Under the pieces are notes generated by a model. That model was not told the DNA's origin. It saw only the letters and a program-made list of their open reading frames with translations, and did no database searches. From an uncultured bacterium (GTDB lineage: Bacteria > Fidelibacterota > Marinisomatia > Marinisomatales > JACNKV01): DNA of 64,000 nucleotides. Below are positions 37,032 through 44,469 of this stretch, piece by piece. The first letter of the stretch is position 1. Every line of letters begins with the position of its first letter. The stretch covers positions 150,817-214,816 of the forward strand of contig CAYQZV010000002.1 in assembly GCA_964422145.1 (NCBI GenBank), in the 5' to 3' direction. The position numbers were made by a program, and so were the translations under genes.

Positions 37032-37276
37032 TATTGCCCAGGAGTTGAATCAGCTACTTGATAGTAAAATTTTTCTATTCCTGATGGGTTTAAATCAATT
37101 TGATGATCATTTTCAACAAGCTCACCCGGTTTCCCGGGTCGTTTTACAAACAAATCCATATTATCCGGAATTCCAGGGGGTATTTGTCTAACTTCAGCAC
37201 CAGTAATAAACTGATTACTCCAGACATGAACAGTTTCCTCAATTTTGAATTTATATGTTTTAGTTTTATCTTTCAT
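37031..37276 (-). CDS. single-domain ubiquitin-like beta-grasp protein (Multi_ubiq-type)
   Basis: 81 aa. YKFKIEETVHVWSNQFITGAEVRQI...LFVKRPGKPGELVENDHQIDL resembles the multiubiquitin domain pattern. The C-terminus ...STPGQ has a penultimate Gly. Confidence 0.65.
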   Translation of the reverse strand: MKDKTKTYKFKIEETVHVWSNQFITGAEVRQIPPGIPDNMDLFVKRPGKPGELVENDHQIDLNPSGIEKFYYQVADSTPGQ

Positions 37277-37323
37277 TTTATTTTCCTTTTGTATTGATTT
37301 ATTTGAACATTCTTCATTTCATT

Positions 37324-37411
37324 CATTTTTTTCCGTAAATTAAAAAAGCGATTAAACCTCGGCTACCGGGGTATCATAACAATAAATCTCTTCTTCAACC
37401 CTATTCTTTTT
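37324..37411. repeat. copy A of an ~80-nt intergenic repeated element
   Basis: Shares an identical 20-mer GTAAATTAAAAAAGCGATTA (37335-37354) with copy B. This is followed by a GC hairpin, ATCATAACAATAAATC, a ..CAACCC tail and a T-run. Confidence 0.8.
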
Positions 37412-37627
37412 TTATTTCAATAACAATTTCAGAATATCTTTCACTTCATCGAGTGTTAATACTTTATCTTCAAATGCTTCCAGAATTTCATCCATGATTT
37501 CGTCAACTTTATCCGGTGTAAACTCTTTTAAAACATCGACGACTTCTTGCTTTGTGATTTCTCCGTCTAAAGAAATACCAATTATTTTATAGGCAGTTCT
37601 AAGTAATGTGAGTGGGTTCATCTCCAT
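37412..37627 (-). CDS. small acidic helical protein with degenerate EF-hand-like loop
   Basis: 71 aa. SLDGEITKQEV resembles the second half of an EF-hand loop. Very acidic. Confidence 0.45.
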   Translation of the reverse strand: MEMNPLTLLRTAYKIIGISLDGEITKQEVVDVLKEFTPDKVDEIMDEILEAFEDKVLTLDEVKDILKLLLK

Positions 37628-37636
37628 TCTCCTTTT

Positions 37637-38014
37637 CTAGTGTATGTTATTCATAATGGCGTAAACGCTGAGTGTGATCACACCGGTTATAAATCCGATT
37701 ACTGACCCAAATGGAATAAGTAATAGAATATTTGACAACCATGAACTTTGGTCATGATTTTGATCACTATCAAAATCATTGAATGATAAGTAGTACCATA
37801 TCACCGAAGTAATGATTGAAATGATAAAAGCTATTAACGACCAAATAATCAAATAGCTGTAAACAGGATCGGGATACAATTTCTCAACATAAACGACAAT
37901 GATGAGAATCGCGCCGGTGCTGAGCGATGTAATATACCGTAGGAATGACTGCTCCTGTTCGTATGAAGCGATATCGCGTTGAACGGATTCAGATTTATGA
38001 CACATGGCAATCAT
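37637..38014 (-). CDS. small 3-TM membrane protein
   Basis: Start uncertain (M at 38014 or 38005; the ORF is open to 38080). Three hydrophobic helices. Overlaps the stop of the upstream 68-aa gene. Confidence 0.5.
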   Translation of the reverse strand: MIAMCHKSESVQRDIASYEQEQSFLRYITSLSTGAILIIVVYVEKLYPDPVYSYLIIWSLIAFIISIITSVIWYYLSFNDFDSDQNHDQSSWLSNILLLIPFGSVIGFITGVITLSVYAIMNNIH

Positions 38015-38201
38015 TTGAACAATAAAAACAACCGTTCGATTGTGTATAATATTCTTTGGCTTTCTTAACTGCATCCTCACAGTTTGTGAAGTAACCTAAT
38101 AATATTCTGTTTTCTAACTTGGGGAGGTAATCACAATCTCCAGTGTGAACTTCATGATCACCATTTGACTGAGCATTCGTATTAACATAATATAATGTCA
38201 T
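37995..38201 (-). CDS. small Cys/His-rich protein (YVNxNAQSNGDHEVH family, function unknown)
   Basis: 68 aa. MTLYYVNTNAQSNGDHEVHTGDCDYLP...NGCFYCSNDCH matches a widespread hypothetical family that I recognise but cannot name. Confidence 0.6.
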   Translation of the reverse strand: MTLYYVNTNAQSNGDHEVHTGDCDYLPKLENRILLGYFTNCEDAVKKAKEYYTQSNGCFYCSNDCHVS

Positions 38202-38330
38202 CTCATTCTCCTTTTATTTGAATTTGGGAGAGGTCATGACAAAGATTAAAAGTCAGGTGTAGTTCATTCGTATACAAGGTCATGGCCTCCCCCAATGGTT
38301 TTGTCGTTTCTGAACGCTGTGTATTTCGAT

Positions 38331-38456
38331 CATATTTTTTTTGTAAATTAAAAAAGCGATTAGCCCCGGTTTAGGGGCATCATAACAGTAAATCGCTGCT
38401 ACAACCCCTTACTTTCTGCTGCTAATCTTGAGAGTAAGGGGTTTCCTATTTTTTTT
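38331..38456. repeat. copy B of the intergenic repeated element, with an extra 11-bp hairpin
   Basis: Identical 20-mer at 38343-38362, GCCCC..GGGGC hairpin (38363-38378), and ATCATAACAGTAAATC. An added AACCCCTTACT/AGTAAGGGGTT hairpin (38403-38443) is followed by T8. Confidence 0.8.
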
Positions 38457-38468
38457 AAAGATCCTTAT

Positions 38469-39965
38469 CTAATACGGACCCTCCAGTTTTTTTAACTTCA
38501 TCCAGACACTCGGATAACTGAGCTGCAAAATATCCTCAAGACGTTTTTTCTGAAAGCCGTAATGCTGGTACAAAAATCGGAACATATCCTTTTCAAACCG
38601 CTGATTAGCGTCTTTCCATCCCAACTCAGTGAGATTGGTTTCAATGTAAGATATCAGTGATTCTAATTTGTATTCCGGCTGGTACGGCTTGGATGAATCC
38701 TTAATATTCGGGATCACAAAGCCTTGTTTGGATAATCTCGTCCTCATGGCAAAATATGTGGATTCTTTCATCTTCATGGCGGTTAAAAACGCCTTGAGAT
38801 CATTCGACTTCCGGATATTCACCATGACGTAATTATACTGAAAAAGGGTGTGGATATCCCGCCATGTCTTCCCCAACGCAAACTGGAACATGTTCTCTTT
38901 AGGTTGTTCTTTGATCTTATTAAAAGCGATTTGTTCAACATATTTTGTATAAGTCTCCATCGCTTTTTTCCGGTCAGCGGAATAAGAAAAACCCATTTTT
39001 AATTGTTCTTGAGAATGGTCATACCCGAGTTTGTAATACGACAACGCCTGCCGGTGCTGATCCAGTTTTTCATGGCATTTTCCAAGATAATAGCATTGAA
39101 TAGGGAGTTGTTGGATAACACCATTGATCTTTGCTGTATTATACGCTTCTAAAAACTCCTCTGCCGCTGTGGCGTAATCAGACATCAGATAATAGGCATA
39201 GGCAATATTCTCGATCATTAGCGTTCGGGTTGTATGGCTTTCTGTATCATCCTTGTATTTTCGTAAATAATCAATTCCTTGTGATAATTGTCCTTGTCGT
39301 ATAAAGAGATACCCCATAGAGTTATGGATGTTAAATTCGGTATGTTTCATTCCAAGTTTTTGGGACTCTTTTAGAGATAACTGAAAATAATACTTAGCAT
39401 TTTTAAAATCATTTTTTTCCCTAAAAATAATTCCTACTCTAAAAAGACCTATAACATATATTGAGTATTTATCTACACTTTTTAGTTTATCTACATAAGT
39501 GATCATATCTAACAAATCATTATCATCTCTATTCGAAACATTAAGATATTGTTTATACTTAACAAGTGATATCATTTTTTTTGATTTTGCATATTGTAAA
39601 GCCCTTCTTACACAGAAAACCATGTTGTCATTATCACCAAATACTGAAAATAATTGATTATATTCAGAATAATAAAAAGCTATTACATCAGGATGTAAGA
39701 ATTTTCCCTTTGTATCAATTATAGATTTTGCTTGGTTGAAATAACTAAAAGATCGTTTCATATTTCCTTCCAGCAAAAATCGTTTCCCCAACCCTGTTAA
39801 TATCAGTACACGAGTGTCTATGTCATCAATATCATCTAATTGAAACTTACCGCTTAGAGCTCTCAATCCATCAAGATCATATAAACCCGCTTCATTAAAA
39901 TAATCTACGTAGTTATTATAATCAGGTATTCTTAATGATGAAATACGTGTAATATTTTTATCCAT
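38469..39965 (-). CDS. TPR-repeat protein with C-terminal HTH-like segments (putative regulator)
   Basis: The start is moved to MDKNITR (GGGGGAG SD upstream). There are multiple TPR-like A/Y/F-patterned helices. C-terminal KESTYFAMRTRLSKQG and LSYPSVWMKLKKL resemble Fis-type HTHs. Confidence 0.5.
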   Translation of the reverse strand: MDKNITRISSLRIPDYNNYVDYFNEAGLYDLDGLRALSGKFQLDDIDDIDTRVLILTGLGKRFLLEGNMKRSFSYFNQAKSIIDTKGKFLHPDVIAFYYSEYNQLFSVFGDNDNMVFCVRRALQYAKSKKMISLVKYKQYLNVSNRDDNDLLDMITYVDKLKSVDKYSIYVIGLFRVGIIFREKNDFKNAKYYFQLSLKESQKLGMKHTEFNIHNSMGYLFIRQGQLSQGIDYLRKYKDDTESHTTRTLMIENIAYAYYLMSDYATAAEEFLEAYNTAKINGVIQQLPIQCYYLGKCHEKLDQHRQALSYYKLGYDHSQEQLKMGFSYSADRKKAMETYTKYVEQIAFNKIKEQPKENMFQFALGKTWRDIHTLFQYNYVMVNIRKSNDLKAFLTAMKMKESTYFAMRTRLSKQGFVIPNIKDSSKPYQPEYKLESLISYIETNLTELGWKDANQRFEKDMFRFLYQHYGFQKKRLEDILQLSYPSVWMKLKKLEGPY

Positions 39966-40494
39966 TTTCTCCCCCATCACCTGGGAAAGTGCATTTCACA
40001 TCCGATTCAATCGTACACGTTCCGTTCAAACCGGTTTTTATGGCTGTCGTTTCAACGGTTGTGTCTGATGTGACTTCAACCCACACTCCGCTTGCATTCA
40101 GGTAATAACAATCTACCGGGTCGGTGATCGTTACAGTAGTCGGTGCGTCAAAAGTAGCTTTTGTATTGGCATATAACGTGGTTTTATAGGTTTCGTCATA
40201 GACTTGATCCGTCCAAGAACCGCTGGGTAATACTTCACTCCCGGAGGATAAATACACATTATCCGGGTCGGTTTCATGTCCGTACACTGTTCCGTAAGGC
40301 GGGTCTTCTTCGATCTGGGCTGCGGATTCATCCGTCGTTTTTGCCAGAACAGAAGGTTGGATAAACTCAGGAACTGATTCGCTTACCGTGATTCCGTTGT
40401 ACGTGAGTTCTTGAGGGGGCTGGGTGAGGTTGGATTCACATCCTGCAAGGATAAAGATGATCGTTAAAATGATGAGAGAAACTCTGAATTTCAT
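39958..40494 (-). CDS. lipoprotein, function unknown
   Basis: The start is moved to MKFRVSLIILTIIFILAGC (lipobox LAGC). Thr/Asp-rich mature part. Confidence 0.65.
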   Translation of the reverse strand: MKFRVSLIILTIIFILAGCESNLTQPPQELTYNGITVSESVPEFIQPSVLAKTTDESAAQIEEDPPYGTVYGHETDPDNVYLSSGSEVLPSGSWTDQVYDETYKTTLYANTKATFDAPTTVTITDPVDCYYLNASGVWVEVTSDTTVETTAIKTGLNGTCTIESDVKCTFPGDGGENG

Positions 40495-40685
40495 AAGAAC
40501 TCCTGATCGTAATATTGTGAATAAACTTATTTTAACCTGCCATAGTTTAAACACCCATATTTCTTAATGTCAAGTATTAATATATAATAATATTAAATAT
40601 TTTATTCATTTATTTTAATATATTTCTAATTCTATGATTATATAATGGAAAGTGCGGGTAAGTTCATATTCTAAAGAAAAAAAAC

Positions 40686-40716
40686 AAAAACCCTCGTCGT
40701 GAAACGAGGGTTTTTA
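40686..40716. terminator. orphan bidirectional terminator-like hairpin
   Basis: CCCTCGT/ACGAGGG stem flanked by A10 and T5. No annotated gene ends here on either strand. Confidence 0.5.
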
Positions 40717-40995
40717 GGGTTGGGTTTATTTTGTGTGGTGTTTGCGTTACCGTAACCATAACTCCCTTTTTTGCATATTTGATAACTCTTTTGCTTTATC
40801 TAAATTGGCCAAAATACTCTCATCCTAAATTACCCTATTCTGTCCATCAGGCTCTGAACCGGTACACGTTTTTTTATGTTGATAATTCCTTGAAATTCAT
40901 CTGAAATAACACGAATTTATTACCCGTTGTATTCTCTCTAAAACTGAGAGAAATATGACCAAGATCAGAAATAGTGAATTACCCATTGAAAGGTA

Positions 40996-41559
40996 TTGAT
41001 TGCCTTGAACGACACAACCAAAGAACAAATCTTAAATATCTGGCCTGAAATCAACTGGATAAACGATAAAGATATCCGGGAGAAAACTCTGAATGCGTGG
41101 GTGTGGGCAGTGAGTCAATCCACTCTTACGATCGATGACCTTGAAACCATCCCGTTTTCGCTGCTCATCAAAGACTGCAGTATTTCTTTTTTAAATCATA
41201 AAAGAACCTGCATACATCTAGCCGTAGATATTGCCAAGCGGATGAAAACAAATTTCGGTGATGAAATCCATATTGACATGGACGTGCTGATTTCCGGGGC
41301 AATTTTGATTGATATCGGAAAACTGCTCGAGTACGAAATTGTTGATAGAGAGCTCAGAACCAGCGAATACGGTAAAACCGTTCGGCATCCGTTTAGCGGA
41401 GCAGCAATCGCTGCCCGGTTTGATCTCCCCCCTGAAATTCAGCATATCATCGCTACCCATTCCAAAGAAGGCGACTTGGAGAAACGGACAACGGAATCTA
41501 TCATTGTGCACCATGCCGATTTTGTATCGTTTGAACCGTTTAAATCATCAAAAATTTGA
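40996..41559 (+). CDS. HD-superfamily domain protein (degenerate HD motif)
   Basis: TTG start. H..., ILIDIGK (Ile where HD proteins have His), HPFSGA, THSKEGD and HHAD. Confidence 0.6.
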   Translation: MIALNDTTKEQILNIWPEINWINDKDIREKTLNAWVWAVSQSTLTIDDLETIPFSLLIKDCSISFLNHKRTCIHLAVDIAKRMKTNFGDEIHIDMDVLISGAILIDIGKLLEYEIVDRELRTSEYGKTVRHPFSGAAIAARFDLPPEIQHIIATHSKEGDLEKRTTESIIVHHADFVSFEPFKSSKI

Positions 41560-41568
41560 GGAGTCATT

Positions 41569-41787
41569 TTGAATAAATTAAAGCCATATAAATTATCAGG
41601 GTATCAAAGGTTCTTTTTCTTCATATCCGGTTCTATTATAACCTTAGGAATCTATCTCACCGGATGGACAGACGTTCATTGGTTTTTGTATATCCCTCCA
41701 ATTTTCTTTATAGGTGCTTCTTTAAATGGATATTGCACAGGATTAATTTTTTCAAAAATATTATTCGATAAACTGAAGAAGAAATAA
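41569..41787 (+). CDS. small 2-TM membrane protein (DUF2892/YgaP-like)
   Basis: 72 aa, TTG start, two TM helices, and a GYCTG motif near the end. Confidence 0.45.
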   Translation: MNKLKPYKLSGYQRFFFFISGSIITLGIYLTGWTDVHWFLYIPPIFFIGASLNGYCTGLIFSKILFDKLKKK

Positions 41788-43220
41788 TGGATAAATCCAT
41801 CGCTCGGCAGATGTCTGAATTTGCCGTAAACCTGAAATATGAGGATCTTCCAAAAGAAGTCGTTTATGAAGTAAAGCGATTTTTATACGATTCTCTTGGC
41901 TGTGCTTTCGGAAGCATGAACACCCAAGATGTTCAGATCATACTGGATATTTACCGTGAAATGGGCGGAGCTGAAGAATCCACCGTTATCGGATTTGGTG
42001 ACAAAATGCCCACCGTTCATACGGCGCTGATCAATTCGCTGATGATCCGTGCTTTGGATTTTAATGACATTTATTGGAAAGAAGATCCATGCCATCCCAG
42101 TGATCTCATTCCTGCCGCACTGAGTACCGCGGAAAAAATGAATGCATCCATGAAAGACGTCATCGTGGCGATCGTTTTAGCGTACGAATTTGAACAAAGA
42201 CTTTGTCTTTTTGCCAAGCCCGGGATTCGAGAACGAAAATGGCATCATGCAACCTTAACCCAATTTGTCTCTCCCATCGTTGCGGGAAAAATACTTGGGC
42301 TGACCGTTGATGAAATGGTACATGCGATCGGGATTGGCGGATGTCATAATTACACCATCGGCTGCCCGACGGCAGGGAAGTTAACCATGATGAAAAATAC
42401 GGTCGATCCGATGGCCGTCCAAAGCGGTGTGTTTGCAGCCTTAATGGCTCAGAAAGGATTTACCGGAACCGAAAAAGTCTTCGAAGGGAAAGAAGGATTC
42501 ATGGATACCTTAATCGGCTGGGATGCTAAAACAAAAGCGTTAAAACCAACCGAAATGGAAGGACGCGACGGTGCGTCTCCTTGGTCATGGGATATAAATG
42601 CATTGTTGAGCGGACTTGGTGAAAATTACAAAATTCTCGAATGCAGTATGAAAGCCTTCCCGACCGAAGCATTAACCCATACACATATTTCGTGTGTTTT
42701 GAAGGCGATGAAAAACAATAATCTGAATTACTCTGATATCAAAGAAGTTAAAGTTACAACATTCGCTCAGGCGTACGATATCTTATTTGATCCGGTGAAA
42801 TACCGACCGAAATCACGGGAAACCGCAGACCACTCTCTTCCTTATTGTCTGGCGGCGGCGATTGTGGATAAAAAAATCACACCGGATTCATTTACAGATA
42901 AAAAACTCAACGATCCCCGCATCCTTGAAGTAATCGACAAAATCAAAGGTGAGCCATCGCTTGAATTTGAAAAAATGTTTCCTGAAAAACAGCCGGCAAA
43001 AGTCGTCATCATTACAAACGGCAGTGATACGTACTCAGAGTATTTGGAATATCCAAAAGGCGATCCAAGAGAACCTATGAGCATTGAAGAATTAAGTGAT
43101 AAATTCAACGCACTTTCTAAGGATCATTTTACTGAAAACAGGTTAAAACAACTGAAAAAACTGATATTTCAATGTGAGAATGTGACCGCACGAGAATTCA
43201 TGAATCATTTCGATAAATAA
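41787..43220 (+). CDS. MmgE/PrpD family protein (2-methylcitrate dehydratase family)
   Basis: 477 aa. N-terminus FAVNLKYEDLPKEVVYEVKRFLYDSLGCAFG and the overall layout are typical of PrpD-family proteins. Confidence 0.85.
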   Translation: MDKSIARQMSEFAVNLKYEDLPKEVVYEVKRFLYDSLGCAFGSMNTQDVQIILDIYREMGGAEESTVIGFGDKMPTVHTALINSLMIRALDFNDIYWKEDPCHPSDLIPAALSTAEKMNASMKDVIVAIVLAYEFEQRLCLFAKPGIRERKWHHATLTQFVSPIVAGKILGLTVDEMVHAIGIGGCHNYTIGCPTAGKLTMMKNTVDPMAVQSGVFAALMAQKGFTGTEKVFEGKEGFMDTLIGWDAKTKALKPTEMEGRDGASPWSWDINALLSGLGENYKILECSMKAFPTEALTHTHISCVLKAMKNNNLNYSDIKEVKVTTFAQAYDILFDPVKYRPKSRETADHSLPYCLAAAIVDKKITPDSFTDKKLNDPRILEVIDKIKGEPSLEFEKMFPEKQPAKVVIITNGSDTYSEYLEYPKGDPREPMSIEELSDKFNALSKDHFTENRLKQLKKLIFQCENVTAREFMNHFDK

Positions 43221-43239
43221 CAGAATTAATATCCATACT

Positions 43240-44406
43240 ATGTTTAAAACAATCACAGATAAAATTATTCCGCACACAAACGAATCGTCCCAAAATTACA
43301 GATCCCGTATCGGTAAATTTCAGGGATGGACATCCGTATTTGTTAATGTAATACTCTTTATTATTAAGTTGGTCATTGGGCTGATCACCCGTTCAGTAAG
43401 TGTCATTGCCGATGCGGTTCACACCTTATCTGACGTGATTTCTTCCGGAGTGGTAATCTGGGGATTTCATCAAGCTGAGAAACCCGCAGATGTAGATCAT
43501 CCTTACGGACATGGACGGATTGAATATATCGCCACATTGATCATTGCCATTTTACTCATTGTTGCCGGTGTGGAGTTTATCGAATCCTCCATCCATCGGA
43601 TTCTGAACCCCGAACCTGTTTATCCGGCATGGTGGATGATCTTCCTTATTTTCTTGACCATCATCATCAAAGAAGTGACAGCAAGATACGCTGAATTTCT
43701 TTCTTCATTGATCGCTTCCGGAACGCTTCATGCCGATGCATGGCATCATCGCATTGATGCCATTTCCTCGTTTTTAGTTGTGATTGCTATGGTAGCAGGA
43801 AAATTTGGATTCTATGCGTTAGACGGATGGATGGGGCTCGGCGTATCCCTCTTTATCATTTGGACCGGGTTTGAGATCGCGAAAGAATCTGTGGATGATC
43901 TGATCGGACAACCTCCTACGAGCGAAGAGATAGAAGAAATACGGGAAATTACTCAGCAAATTGATGGCGTTTTAGGCGTCCATGATATTATCGTACACAG
44001 TTACGGACATGATAAGTTCATTAGTTTACACATAGAACTGGATGCAAGTGAATCCCAAGGAAGAGCCCATGATATTGCCGAAGATGCAGAATGTATACTG
44101 AAGAAAAAAACCGGTGCAGAACCAACCGTTCATATTGATCCAATCCAGCCGAACAATCCTATGGTAAAGCAAGTAAAAACCTTCTTGGATACGCGTTGGG
44201 CCGATGATGATCAGATCATCGGATTCCATGATATCAGGATCGTAGATACAGAAAAACACCATCTGATTTTATTTGGGATGAATACGAAAAAAGATATGAC
44301 GAAACGCGATCAAGTCTCTTATTGCGGAAAAATTCGGGATTCATTGACGAAGGAATTTCCGGAATTTGACGTCAACATTAAAATTTCATCTCTTTCTAAA
44401 TTTTAA
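43240..44406 (+). CDS. cation diffusion facilitator family transporter
   Basis: ADAVHTLSDV and DHPYGHGRIEY motifs, 6 TM helices and a cytoplasmic C-domain. Confidence 0.85.
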   Translation: MFKTITDKIIPHTNESSQNYRSRIGKFQGWTSVFVNVILFIIKLVIGLITRSVSVIADAVHTLSDVISSGVVIWGFHQAEKPADVDHPYGHGRIEYIATLIIAILLIVAGVEFIESSIHRILNPEPVYPAWWMIFLIFLTIIIKEVTARYAEFLSSLIASGTLHADAWHHRIDAISSFLVVIAMVAGKFGFYALDGWMGLGVSLFIIWTGFEIAKESVDDLIGQPPTSEEIEEIREITQQIDGVLGVHDIIVHSYGHDKFISLHIELDASESQGRAHDIAEDAECILKKKTGAEPTVHIDPIQPNNPMVKQVKTFLDTRWADDDQIIGFHDIRIVDTEKHHLILFGMNTKKDMTKRDQVSYCGKIRDSLTKEFPEFDVNIKISSLSKF

Positions 44407-44422
44407 CGAAACATGGTTAAAC

Positions 44423-44452
44423 AAAAAAAGCCACCGTTTGGTGGCTTTTTTA
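44423..44452. terminator. bidirectional intrinsic terminator
   Basis: GCCACC-GTTT-GGTGGC flanked by A7 and T6, between convergent genes. Confidence 0.85.
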
Positions 44453-44469
44453 TTTGTGTCAAACTATAG

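Larger units (their letters stand above)
27293..40995. other. AT-richer accessory island; all 14 genes on the minus strand
   Basis: The composition shift is visible by eye (not computed). There is an abrupt change from metabolic genes to defence-like, secreted and orphan genes. No integrase or tRNA is seen. Confidence 0.55.

Noticed and set aside
37324-38456. Integron attC sites flanking a gene cassette.
   Set aside because: There are no RYYYAAC/GTTRRRY core sites at the element ends, no intI gene in the window, and the elements look like ordinary hairpin plus T-run terminators.
27293-40995. Interpretation of the island as a prophage, ICE or transposon.
   Set aside because: I could recognise no integrase, recombinase, transposase, capsid/terminase genes, tRNA target or terminal direct or inverted repeats. 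It is kept only as a composition/content island.
40921-40995. TPP-riboswitch-like CTGAGA box (AAACTGAGAGAAATATGACC) upstream of the HD-domain gene.
   Set aside because: Only the hexamer matches. The conserved P1-P5 helices and the ACCTGATCTGGATAATGCCAGC-like arm are absent.
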